Shown: one piece after another, positions 26,557 through 38,494 of the stretch
Numbering within the stretch: position 1 is the first letter of the stretch
Layout: the number at the start of each line of letters is the position of its first letter
Assembly: GCA_039621445.1 (NCBI GenBank)
Contig: CP154954.1
Location: forward strand, 27,082,123 to 27,146,122
Source of the DNA: Euglena gracilis
Lineage: Eukaryota
Reading direction: 5' to 3'
DNA: 64,000 bases
Program-made: the position numbers and the translations under genes
The notes under the pieces: model-generated
What the model was told of the DNA's origin: nothing
Database searches by the model: none
The model's input: the letters and a program-made list of their open reading frames with translations, nothing else

Positions 26557-27524
26557 GGAGTTGCTGTTTCTTTTATTCGCAAAAACATCGGTCTGAGTGT
26601 GTTCTTGTCATAAACCCCCCGTTTTTGAGTCATTGAACACTCAACCTAGTCTCTTGTTCGTTTAACCCCCCCTTTGAGCCTTGCTGCATTCCCCCCGAAT
26701 AGCCGCGTGAAATTTTTATTGCTCAAAGGCCCTCCCCTTTTTTTTTGCTCTAACCTAGATTTTGCCCCCCCCCCCTTTATTTGACCCCCCCCTTTTTTGA
26801 GCATTTGGGTTCGGGGAAATTTTTTTTCATGCGCCGAAGGCGCCGAACTTTTTTTTTGCCCTCTTCCTAAAGAAATTTTTGCCCCCCCCCCTCATTTGAC
26901 CCCCCCCCCCCTTACTTGAGCATTTGGGGGGTCCTTTGGCCCGTGGGTGTGCTCAAATAAAGGGGGGGGGGTAGTCTAGTCTAGACCTACCTAATCTAGG
27001 GTAGAGGACCACCCGGCCTCTCAACCTGTCGCCGAATTTTCATGATAACGATTTTTTGATTGCCACAGATGCCCTAATGGAAAACGTGTCATTGCCACAA
27101 ATGCCTTAATGGAAAACGTGCCTGAACACAGATGCCTTAATGGAAAACGTGTCATTGCCACAAATGCCCTCATGGAAAACGTGTTCATGACCACGAATTT
27201 CAGGGCAGGCATTTGGCGGGCTGAACACGTTTTTAAGACCGGCATCGGGCTCTGGAAATAGGTTTTAAGTCCCCCCCCCCAAATTATTGTCCGAATTATC
27301 CCAAAACCGGCAGAAACCCACCCAAATGGCTCGAAAACCCCCAATCGGGTGAATATGCAAAACTTTGGGAGAAAAATCTCCGTTTTTGGCCACTTTTTAG
27401 CAAAATTTTGCCCCTGCCCATGAGATTCCATACGGTGGCAAGGAAAACCCAGTCAAAATGACCCACAAAAAATACCTAGCCTCCCAAAGAATTTTAAAAC
27501 CAATTTTCTGGGCCCGACACCTGT

Positions 27525-28451
27525 CTTAAAAACGTGTTCAGCCCGCCAAATGCCTGCCCTGAAATTCGTGGTCATGAACACGTTTTCAATGAGGGCATCT
27601 GTGGCAATGACGCGTTTTCAATTAAGGCATCTGTGGTTAGGCACGTTTTCAATTAAGGCATCTGTGGTTAGGCACGTTTTCAATGAGGGCATCTGTGGCA
27701 AGACACGTTTTCGATTAAGGCATCTGTGTTCAGGCACGTTTTCCATTAGGGCATCTGTGGCAACCCTGAGTAAAAAGCAAAAAACGCTGTCACGAAAAAT
27801 CAGCGGGCGGTTGCGAGGCCGGGTGGTCCTCAACGAGTGAGGCGGGTCGGGGGCACTCTACAACACAACAGAAGGCCAGGTTGCCTTGGAGCACAACGAC
27901 ACGGAGTGGCGGACATCACGGAACACGACACGCTTTACACAAAAAAGAGCCATACTTTGGTGGCCGCCGCGAATCTTGGCAATGAAAATGATATGCCAAA
28001 CCGTGTTCAGCTCCACACAATTTCGATTTTTGGGAATGGCAAAGAAGAAAAGAGGTTGCCGAACGTTTCCCTGAAACGAACAAAGTTCCCGACTGCTGCT
28101 CACGTTGAGCCACACATTGTTCAATGACGCTCGCCTCATTGAACAACAGGCTGGGTTCCAGCTCCCATCCCGTCCAGGCAACAAAGAAAGCATCCAGCTC
28201 AGGATAAGAGGCTTGCCGATGTTGACACAGTTTGGCGAACTCCAAACAGTTGGCAACAGCAGCAAGCTCTGCACCTTCGGAGCCGGACTTTTTCTTTGTG
28301 TTGCCCTGTGCCAGCAAGCCAGCAAGCACGTTTTCTAAACAAATTGTGGCTGAGCCAGATTTCAGCCTGAAAACGTGTTCAGGGGGCCCCCTTCGGGGGC
28401 CCCCTGGCTGAACACGTTTTCAGGCTGAAATCTGGGCTCAGCCACAATTTG
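27525..28451. mobile_element. Composite repeat unit: ACACGTTTTCA repeats, 'MAKR' fragment (- strand), terminal hairpin of about 110 bp
   Basis: Same left end, cargo and hairpin as 30749-32128. Confidence 0.7.
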
Positions 28452-29149
28452 GGTGTAGAAATTCTACTGACATTAACGGATTTCAGGCTGAAATTGTTTA
28501 TGTCGATCGATTTCCATTCAGGCGCCCGTTTATGTCGGTCGATTTCCATGAAATCTGTTACTGGTCAGATTGGGAATTTTTAGTGACTTTTGTACATTTT
28601 GGATTTCCCTTTTTTTTCGACATTTTTGGTCCTGTGGGGTTCTGGAGGCGTTACGGACCAGACAAAAAACAAATTTTGCGGCTCATTGCGAGATTGGTGA
28701 TATATTTTTTGGTGGTCACTAGCAACCGGTCCCTAGCGACCATGGTCGCTAGCGACTAGTCGTTGGCGGCTATGGCTACTGACCATTGGTGGTTGGGTTG
28801 GGGGTTCTGGAAGGCATTTGGGTGGGTTTCGAGTCATTTTCCTTCATATTTGGATGAATTTTTTGGAGGGGGTGGGAGGGGGAGGGGGTCAGGTCATCAC
28901 AACTGGCTGAATTTTGGATGGAACGGACGGAAGGACAGAGCTTAAGATTATTTGGGGTGGCAACTGTTAAAACCTGTTTTCTCTGTCAAATGGAAGAAAA
29001 AAACACTCAGAAAAATGAGAAAAAAGGTTGGCCGACATTAACGTATTTCGGGCTGAAATTGACAATGTCCCAAAACGGAACAAAAAAGCATTCAGAAAAA
29101 GGGCCCAAAAGGTTGGTCGATTTCCATGACATCGGAATCCGTTTATGTC

Positions 29150-29335
29150 AGTTGATTTCCATTCAGGCGCCCGTTTGTGTCGGTAGATTTCCATTCAGGC
29201 GCCCGTTTATGTCGGTCGATTTCCATTCAGGCGCCCGTTTATGTCAGTCGATTTCCATTCAGGCGCCCGTTTATGTCAGTCGATTTCCATTCAGGCGCCC
29301 GTTTATGTCTAACGTTTTCCATTCAGGCACCCGTT
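29150..29335. repeat. 32-bp tandem repeat
   Basis: TCGATTTCCATTCAGGCGCCCGTTTATGTCRG, about 6 units; one more unit near 28510. Confidence 0.9.
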
Positions 29336-29652
29336 AATGGGCCAAAAACCACTTTTTTGGCCATATTTCCGTCCAGGCGGTTCAATCGAATGAATTTCAA
29401 GACAGGTGTCGGGCCCAGACAAAATAGGTTTTAAAAAAAATCGACCGACACCAACAGATTCAGCAGGGGCGCCAGGCGGCTCGCTTTGCTCGCTCGCGCC
29501 CGGCGCCCCTGCTGAATCTGTTAGTGTCGGCCGATTTTTGTATAGATAACATAAAGGGATTTTGTACTTGTTCGCCACTCGACCCCCGCCCAAAATTTTA
29601 CAAATTGGTTGCCTTGATTTGGGAAACGATTTTATGGGGCCAGTGGAAGGAA

Positions 29653-29764
29653 TAGGGTTAGGGTTAGGGTTGAGGGTTAGGGTTGAGGGTTAGGGTTGGG
29701 TTAGGGGTTAGGGTTAGGGGTTTTGGGTTAGGGTCAGGGTTCGGGTTATGGCCAGGGTTAGGGT
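29653..29764 (+). repeat. Short variant TTAGGG array
   Basis: TAGGGTTAGGGTTAGGGTTGAGGG... Confidence 0.9.
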
Positions 29765-29794
29765 CGTGTGCATCGCACAATAATGTGATAAATT

Positions 29795-30159
29795 GGGTAC
29801 TTGTTCGCTGCACGACCTCCACTTCGGAATTATTCTAAGTCGGACTTTTTAGGGTTATTAGAAGGAGTAGGGTTAGGCGCTAATGGCCATGTTGCGCTAA
29901 ACGGCTATGCAGCGCAACCATGGCTATGCGCTGCATGGTTGCTCTGCATAGCCATGCAGCGCAACACGGCCATTAGCGCCTAACCCTACTCCTTCTAATA
30001 ACCCCATAAGAACCTGGAGAAATTCCGAAGTGAAGGCTGTGCTTGTCTGTTATAATTCGACCGACACCCCCCCCCTTTTGGTTATGGTCGACGCCCTGTT
30101 TTTGGGTTATTATGGGGTGCCCCATATTTGGGTTATTATTATGCAGCGAACAAGTACCA
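29795..30159. mobile_element. GGGTACTTGT-terminated TIR element, 6-bp TSD, internal foldback
   Basis: TSD TAAATT on both sides; hairpin about 29852-30003. Confidence 0.8.
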
Positions 30160-30310
30160 TAAATTGACCCAACAGGGTACCAGCACCCCAAAGAAGCGCC
30201 TAACCAGGCCCATCATGCCCCGGGAGGCCAAAACTGGGGGGGTACATAATGGGGGGGAGATGGGGGGGAGGTACACAATGTGGGGGGTATGCCTGCGGAT
30301 GGCCGGGCAA

Positions 30311-32412
30311 GGGTACTTGTCTGTTATCGTACGACGGACCCCCCCCCCCCTTTTGGTTATGGTGCGACACCCTGTTTTTGGGTTATTAGGGTTATTTTAA
30401 GGGATAGGGTTAGGTGCGCACATACATGTTGCGCTACATGGCCATGTTGCGCTACACGGGCATGTTGTGCTCAGGCTTCTTTTTAAGTCACCTGACCCCC
30501 CCCCCCTCCCCCGGGGGGAGGGGGGGTGGGTGGGTGGGTCCGGGCCGGTCCCCCCCCGTCCCCGGGGGGGGGGGTCCCGCGCCGGAGGCGCTGGGTATAC
30601 CTTTTCGGCGCAAAGCGCCGAAAATTTTTGAAAATTGCGGGCCCGATTTTGGGGGGGTCCCCCCCCCCCCCCCCCCCCCCCCCGGGGGGGTCCCGCGCCA
30701 CCCTGGGTGGGTGGGGGGGGACCCCCCCTCCCCCCCCCCCCGGGGGCTTTAAAAACGTGTTCAGCCCGCCAAATGCCTGCCCTGAAATTCGTGGTCATGA
30801 ACACGTTTTCAATGAGGGCATTTGTGGCAATGACACGTTTTCAGTGAAGGCATCTGTGTTCAGGCACGTTTTCAATGAGGTTCATTTGTGGCAATGACAC
30901 GTTTTCAGTGAAGGCATCTGTGTTCAGGCACGTTTTCAGTGAGGGCATTTGTGGCAACCCCCAGCAAGAAACAAAAAACGCTATCATGAAAAATCGGCGT
31001 GCGGTTGAGAGGCCGGGTGGTCCTCAACGGGTGAGGCGGGTCGGGGGCACTCTACAACACGAAAAAGACGACAACAGGAAGGCTAGGTTGCCTTGGCACA
31101 ACGACGGGGAAGGGGCGAAAATCACGGCACACGACAGGCTTTGCACAAAAAAGAGCCATACCGCCGTTGACACTGCCTTCCGCGCGCGTTCACGCTCCAG
31201 GGAGCGCGAAAAAACAGCTGGTTGAAGTGGGGGAATTGGCGCTCTGAGGAAGGCAACACTACTCCCTCGGTCGTTGTTTTGCGGAATGCCCGAGCGACGG
31301 CATTCACGTATGTCTGAAAAGAGGTTGCCGAACGATTCCCTGAAACGAACAAAGTTCCCGACTGCTGCTCACGTTGAGCCACACATTGTTCGATGACGCT
31401 CGCCTCATCGAACAACAGGCTGGGTTGCAGCTCCCATCCCGTCCAGGCAACAAAGAAAGCATCCAGCTCAGGATAAGAGGCTTGCCGATGTTGACACAGT
31501 TTGGCGAACTCCAAACAGTTGGCAACAGCAGCAAGCTCTGCACCCACGGAGCCAGACTTTTTCTTTGTGTTGCCCTGTTCCAGCAAGGTGCCATGAAGGG
31601 GGTCAACCTTCGGCTTCTTGGCATCTTGCTGGTATACTGCGAGAGCAGCCAGGAACAGTTCCGTCCTAGGGGGTGGTGGCAAAAGACCATTCACAAAGTT
31701 TGCCGTGCGTTTGGCCATAATGGCAGGACTGCGGGAAAAAGGAAAAAAACGAAAAAAAAAAGGGGGGGGGTGACACGTTTTCAGTGAGGGCATTTGTGGC
31801 AATGACACGTTTTCAGTGAAGGCATCTGTGTTCAGGCACGTTTTCAGTGAGGGCATTTGTGGCAATGACACGTTTTCAGTGAAGGCATCTGTGTTCAGGC
31901 ACGTTTTCAGTGAGGGCGCCGTTTTTTTGGGTCCAAATTTCACAAATTCGCGTTTTTGACCCCTTGCGTGAATCATGACCACGAATTTCAGGGCAGGCAT
32001 TTGGCGGGCTCTGAACACGTTTTTAAACAAATTGTGGCTGAGCCCAGATTTCAGCCTGAAACCGTGTTCAGGGGGGCCCCCTGGGTGAACACGTTTTCAG
32101 GCTGAAATCTGGGCTCAGCCACAATTTGTGTATAAAAAAGAAGCCTGGTTGTGCTACATGGCCGTGTAGCGCAACGTGGCCATGTAGCGCTACACGGCCA
32201 TGTTGCGCAATACGGCCGTGTTGCACTACGTGGCCATATAGCGCTGCACGGCCACGTAGCGCAACATGGCCGTGTAGCGCAACATGGCCATGTGGCGCAA
32301 CATGGCCATTAGCGCCTAACCCTATCCCTTAAAATAACCCTAAAACGACCCCAAAAAAGGGTGCCGTACCATAACCAAAAGGGGGGGGTCCGTCGTACGA
32401 TAACAGACACCC
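30311..32412. mobile_element. GGGTACTTGT-terminated TIR element, 6-bp TSD, with nested cargo
   Basis: TIRs of about 150 bp; TSD GGGCAA on both sides (right TIR lacks 4 nt). Confidence 0.75.
31122..31718 (-). CDS. Orphan 'MAKR' protein, longest copy; possibly N-terminal part of a Crypton-like tyrosine recombinase
   Basis: Open 198-codon frame after a pyrimidine tract and CAG; homologous to three other loci in the window. The family assignment is speculative. Confidence 0.55.
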   Translation of the reverse strand: MAKRTANFVNGLLPPPPRTELFLAALAVYQQDAKKPKVDPLHGTLLEQGNTKKKSGSVGAELAAVANCLEFAKLCQHRQASYPELDAFFVAWTGWELQPSLLFDEASVIEQCVAQREQQSGTLFVSGNRSATSFQTYVNAVARAFRKTTTEGVVLPSSERQFPHFNQLFFRAPWSVNARGRQCQRRYGSFLCKACRVP

Positions 32413-33260
32413 GGGCAAGTTGCATTCCTAGGTGCGTGCTGCCCCCCCCTTTATGTACCTCCCCCCCAGGGGGTACATGATGGGGGGTACATAAAGGGGG
32501 GGGGTGCATGGTACACATGGGGGGACCCTCGCTCGGCGCCTCTTGTTCGCGACTTGACCCCTACCTCCAAAAATGACAAGTCCCCCAAAATTGGTTAAAA
32601 GGAAATTACTATACCTTTTTGATTATTCCCCCCCCCACGGAGCCGGAAACCAGGGGGGGGGGAATAATCGCCCGGGTCCCCCGCTGCAGGTACTTTTGTT
32701 ATGCCCGTGAAGCCAAGTATGAAGGCTGTGAACAAGAAGCGAGGCACATCTGGTGCCCGCAATGTAGGTCAGCGGAACAGTGGAAAGTATTGTATGCACA
32801 ATGCTGGGTTTGTTGCCGCCATCTTGAAAGATTACAAGGAACGTGTACATGTCACTGATGCTGGGGGGAAGATTTTGAAGCACAAGCAAATGAGTCAGAC
32901 TGCATTTGTTGCCGAATGGGTCAAAAGAACTGGAGAAGAACATCGCTGCCCAGCTTGACGCGCAGCTTGCAGCAGAACTGCATGCACAAATAAATAATCT
33001 GCGCCCTCGTCGTAAGTGAGTTGAGCACAGCATCAGGCGCATCAGCATCATGAGCACTTTCCTTTGCGTTTGTCACCCAGAAAGTCCAAAAATTTTTGGG
33101 GGGGAAATAATCGCCCGGGTCCGGCTTTCCTGTTTTTGGGCCGAAAGTGGGGGGGGGAAATAATCGACCGCGGAAAATAATCGGAAAGGTATAGTACCAC
33201 CATACCCCCCCCCCTTTATGTTCCCTATATGCCTCTATAAAGCATTTTGGACACTTTTTG

Positions 33261-33568
33261 GGGTACTTGTCTGTTAGTCGATCCATGCCAAAACCACTCG
33301 ATCCACACCCTTTCTCCCCGTATGCTTTGATGACGTCATAATACACAGATGATGTTGACCGTATGACGTCATCCCTGGGTCACACACTCATGTATGACGT
33401 CACACGGTCATCATTTTGCTTGATCATGATGTCACATGGTCAAATTATGACGTCACACATCCTGTTTTGCACTGAAAATGGTCATTCCTATTGAATAGGC
33501 TGGAATAGGGTGTGGATCGACTAACAGACTTGATGCACAGCCATGGATCGACTAACAGACAAGTACCC
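33261..33568. mobile_element. GGGTACTTGT-terminated MITE, 6-bp TSD
   Basis: Perfect TIR GGGTACTTGTCTGTTAGTCGATCCATG; TSD TTTTTG; internal TGACGTCA repeats. Confidence 0.9.
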
Positions 33569-34668
33569 TTTTTGGCACTTTTTATTTTGGGTCCCCTGGA
33601 TGCCGGCTTCACGGCTGAACCGGCTTGGGCGTGAAGCCAGAGCCCCAGACATAGTTTCATATAAAGGGATTTTCCCCTCTGGGAGCCCAAAAGGTCAGCG
33701 GGCTTTATCTTTCTTTCCCCCTGGATGCTCTTTGGGATCACGTCCGGGCCCCCAGGGGTCCCGCGGGACCGCCCTGTCAACCGGACCGGTCGAGTTCGAG
33801 GGGGGGTCCGGGGTCTGGACTGGTCATGTACAGGGGGGGCTCGTGGACTCCCCCTGTCGAGTTCCGAACAACTAGAAAAGGGGGGGCGCCCCAGCTAGAG
33901 CCCTTTTCGACCCCTCCTGGACTCCCTGGACCTCCTCTCCCCCCTGCCTAGTCTCCCTTGGTGATCGTAATGCGGCCAACGGTAAATATGCCTTTCCCTG
34001 GTGACCCATCCACAATCACCCTCCAATGCAACCTGGCTGCGAGATGAGCCTCAGCCCTTGGTTTTGCTGCACGCTTGAACCCAACAAACTCCCTTTAAAC
34101 CGGTTCACCAGTAAAATGGTTTTTGACAAGATGTGACAGGCTTTTTCACAAATGGCCAAAAATATGGTCAGCCATCCTACCCGGGAAGGAGACCTCCACA
34201 TTCATCTGTTTGGGGGCTTCATTCAGCATTTTTTTCAACAAAAAGTGGCAAGGCACATCCATGGAACATGCGTGACCATCTCTGTCATTTTTTTTCCAAT
34301 AACTTGCACATTTATTTCCATCCATCTGCTAAGCAAAAGGAAGGGAGAACAAAGGCGGTAAGGTCACATTTTTTGCATGCTTTCCCTGGGGTCCTTAGAT
34401 CCCAGACGATCACTGGTCTGGATGTCCATCAATCGCGAGACACCATTCCAGGCGATGAACAACAGGAAGAATCCAACCAATAGCCCAATCAAAGCATTTC
34501 CGGTCACAAAAGAATCTCCATATGACGCAGCACTCTGAAGATGAGGAATGAGGATTGTGTTTCAGGAGATCACATCTTCGACCTGAACGTGGATGTGTTG
34601 GTTCGTCATATCCAAATTTTCTTAATCAGATCCGCTTTTCGTACAGCGTTTGTAATTAGGAGTGGCCG

Positions 34669-37353
34669 CTGGGACAATTCTTTCTTCCGCCAGGTTGACA
34701 CCTCTGCGAAAACAGAACAAACAAACAGCAATGGAAGAGGATGCTTTTGGAAACCTTGTGGAGCACACGGTGTGTGATGAAGACACTCGCCCAATCGCAG
34801 CAGGTGAAACCCTCCGCCGATTGGTTGGCAAATGTCTCATGCGTCATCCCACAGTGGTAAACGCTTTGAAAGAACTGAGTCCTCCACAATGTGGCGTTGG
34901 CGTGCCGAATGCTTGTCCACTGATCGCAATGGGAATCCAACAAATGGTGGACACTCTGCACTCGGACAGAGACAATCGCTGGGGGCTGCTTCAAGTGGAT
35001 TTCAGGAATGCCTTCAACTCTTTGTCACGAGAAAAAATCCAGCAATCCATCCGTAGACGCTGCCCAGAAGTGTGCCCTTGGCTGGATTCGTGCTACGCCC
35101 AACACAGCAAGCTGTATTGTGGGAACCATTGTCTGCCTTCCCAGAGGGGAGCTCAGCAAGGCGACCCATGCGGACCTGCAGCTTTCGCCTGGGGTGTGCA
35201 AGACCTTTGTGAGGGCCTCTCACCCCTGGTCGAATGGCAGGGATGGTATTTGGATGACGCCCATCTGCTGGGATCGCCAGCCCAACTGCACAATGCCCTT
35301 GCCTTTCTGATTCGGGAGGCAGCCACGCTTGGGTTGGCCGTGAACCCTGCAAAATGTCGATTGTGGGGACCAGCGTTCACATCAACAGAAGGTGTCCCTT
35401 GCATTCCCCCTGGCACGCCACAGGACAGCCCCTTACACCAAATACCACTGACCGCCTTTGTTGCTGGTTCTGGTTTGAAAGTTTTGGGGGTCCCTGTCCA
35501 CCACCCCCAAGATGACCGCTTCTGTGAAGAAGTTTGGAAGCGCACAAGCGGGGTCACGCTTCAAGCGCATTGAAGACATCCGACGTTCTTGCACAGTACT
35601 TCAGCACCTACCTCAATCACATGTGCAATTCACCTTGCTTCGTTTTTGTTTATCCGCTTGCAAAGTGAATGACCTCTTGCGCGCCTGCAAAATAGCCTCT
35701 GCAACAGCGGCATGCAAGACATTGTCGGGAATTATTCGGGAAACATTCAGTAGCATGGTCGGCTCCCCTTGCACCCCAGAAGAATGGTTGCAAGTTTCCC
35801 TGGCCATCAGATGCGGTGGACTGGGAATCTCCGATCCACTATTTCAACGGAGGCTAGGCACAGTGGGGGGGGGGGGGGGGTTGGGGGGGGGGGGGCGAGC
35901 GGCCGCGCGGGCGGCCGCGTGGGGGGGAGGAGGGGGGAGGGTGGTCCGCGGGCGGCCGCGCGGGCTGAACGCATCCGAAAATCGGTGATTTTCGGGTCCA
36001 AAAAGTGGTCATTTTTTGCCATTTTTGGGCCATTTTTGACCAAAAAAGTGCTTTTTTGGCCGCGCGCAAAGCGCGCGGCCCCCAAATTTGCCATTTTGTG
36101 TCCGAAAATGGTCATTTTTGGTCATTTTTGGGCCTCAAAAAATCGCGATTTTTCACCAAAATTTTTTTTCTTGGCTATGCTAGGCACAGTGGGGGGAGGG
36201 GGGGGGGTCCAGGGGGGGGCGAGCGGCCGCGCGGGGGGCCGCGCAGGGGCCGCGCGGGGGGGGGGGGAGGGGGGGGCCCCGGACCCCCCCGAGCGGCGCG
36301 CCTAGCCTCCAACGTGTGCCTGCCAGATTGTCTCAAGTGGTGGACTTCTGTCGAAGAGCTCCCTCTGTCTTGGGCCTGCCCGCTGCCATGGACATCATTC
36401 CCAAAGACGCTGACGATTGCTTGCGGACAGCCCTCAATGAACTTGGTCAAATGGCCCCACTGCCACAATGGGCCAGTGACAAAAACTTGATCTCTCAGGC
36501 ACAGTCTCCACACAATTCACAACGTTGGTGGAATCAGCAGAGCATGCTTGCCCGCCAGAAAACACTTCGGGACACATTGAATGGACCTGATGCTGTACGC
36601 TTTGCAAGCCAATGCCAACCACACGCTATGGCATGGGCCGCTTTGACACCATCTCAAGGACTCCGCACCCTGTTACCCACGGCTGAATTCCGGTGCACAC
36701 TTCGTTGGTCCCTCGGAATGACTCTCACACCAATAGAATCCGATCCCAACCTCTGTCCCAAATGCTTTGGACAATCAGATTTTCTTGGACACCACCTCGT
36801 TTGCTGCAAATCAAACTTCATTACCCGGCGGCACGGGGCTGTCCAAGATTTTTTGACAACCACAACACAGAAGGCAGGATTTACAGCCCGTAAAGAACAA
36901 CGAGCTGATGACCGTTCACGGCCTGGGGATATCTTCATTCCTCCCTTGGACAGTGATGGACCCGTTGCAGTGGATGTGACAATCCGCCACACCCTTGCGC
37001 AAAGTCATCCGCTGCGAAGTGCAGAGAGCCTTTCACAATGGCAAACACGACAGGAGGCTGAAAAGCATGCCAAATATTGTGCAACATGCCAACGCTTGGG
37101 CTGGCGGATGATGCCATTCGTCATGGACTGCTACGGGGGCATGGGACAAGAGGCGCGCTCCTTGATGGCCACCCTCCTCAAGGCCCTTCTGGGGCAGCGG
37201 GAAGGGTGGCAACGGCGTGCCGCAGAAGCAGACATTTGGCAAGGCCCGTCCTTCACACTTACGAGAGAAATCAGCAGGCAGCTCGTTTGGAGCTTGTATT
37301 CTTCCAAAGATGAGATCACCCTGTCTTCCGCCCACTCACCATATTCTGTCTGA
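34669..37353 (+). mobile_element. CRE-clade non-LTR retrotransposon (RT, CCHC knuckle, restriction-like endonuclease), 5'-truncated, two insertions
   Basis: RPIAAGETLRRLVGK, VDFRNAFNS, GAQQGDP, WYLDD, GGLGI; CPKC...HHLVC; RRHGAV; RPGD...AVDVT; KHAKY. Confidence 0.93.
35850..36309. mobile_element. GC-rich MITE with 5-bp TSD inside the CRE ORF
   Basis: GAGGCTAGGCAC / GCGCCTAGCCTC; TSD CAACG; removal restores DPLFQR-VPARLS. Confidence 0.9.
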
Positions 37354-38254
37354 AGGCCTTTGAGCCCAAACTCTCAACCGAATAACCAACCTGGAACTCT
37401 CACCTGCTATGTTTAACCCCTAGTTACCCCCTGAGCAGGGCCACACGGCGAGCCAAAGACAAATCAATGGGTCACATAGACGCGCAGAGAAACAAAACAC
37501 AACAAAAGCCATAACCCGACACAAACACGCCATCCTGTGGCAAAAGAGGTACAAACGCCCCCCTCCCCGCCCAATATATATTGAAGGTGACCTTTGCTCA
37601 TCTTCCGCTAACCACTGACCTCCGCACCCTGAACAATATATGTCATCACTCTTTTGTACATTACACCCACAGTATAAGCTACCCGCGACCTGTGGCGGCA
37701 CAGGGAGTCACAAGGGGGTTCCTCTTGTGGCGAGGGCCAAAAGAGACGTTTCCCTGGGCCCGGGGCACGGTTTGGGTGAAGCAGTGCTACCCACCGTGGA
37801 CCAAAAAGTGCAGGCTGGGACATAACAGGACATTAAAAAAAGACATAACGGCTGGCCAACCGAATCGGCCAAACCTCTCAGAACGGCCAAAAATGTCGGT
37901 CTCCGAGCGGAATGCGCAGCTCCAAATCCTGCTGTTCGCATTCCAAGCTCAGTGGGACTACCGAACTATAGGGCGGGCATTGGGGATGTCTGACCGGACA
38001 ATTCGAAGAAATGTACAAATATTTCTTGCAGAAGGCCGAACAACACTTTTGTAACGACCTCCCCCACCCCGCCCCGAAGGTCGAAGCAGTGGAGCGAAAC
38101 CCCTTTGTATGGCATGTAATGTAGATTTGGAAAAAATTGACTTTCTTTCAGGTGACGTTATTCGAGTTGCAAGGAATGCTACGTAACCGACTGCAATTGT
38201 TTTTGTCATTGAGGACAATTTCGAGGTACCCGGAGAACCAACTAATAACCCGTA

Positions 38255-38494
38255 GGGGGGTCGGCACACCCCTCCCCCCCCCCCTCACCGACCCCCTCGC
38301 CACGCCATTTTACCCCCCCCTCCCCCCCCTTTTCAGACCCCCTCGCCACGCCATGTCAGCCGCGCCAAAGAAAATTTTCTTGGAAAACCCCCGCGCACCC
38401 CTCCCCCCCCCCCATCCGGGACCCCCTCGCCACGCCAAAACCCCCCCCTCCCCCCCCCCTAGCCGGACGGCTCGCCACGGCGTGCCGACCCCCC
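38255..38494. mobile_element. PIF/Harbinger-like MITE (3-bp TSD) in the transposase exon
   Basis: GGGGGGTCGGCAC / GTGCCGACCCCCC; TSD GTA; removal restores ITRK. Confidence 0.8.

Noticed and set aside
29150-29335. CRISPR-like 32-bp repeats
   Set aside because: Head-to-tail repeats with no unique spacers and no cas genes.
35850-36309. MITE in CRE as a nonconventional intron
   Set aside because: A 5-bp TSD cannot give frame-restoring +4/-6 geometry; treated as a disruptive insertion.
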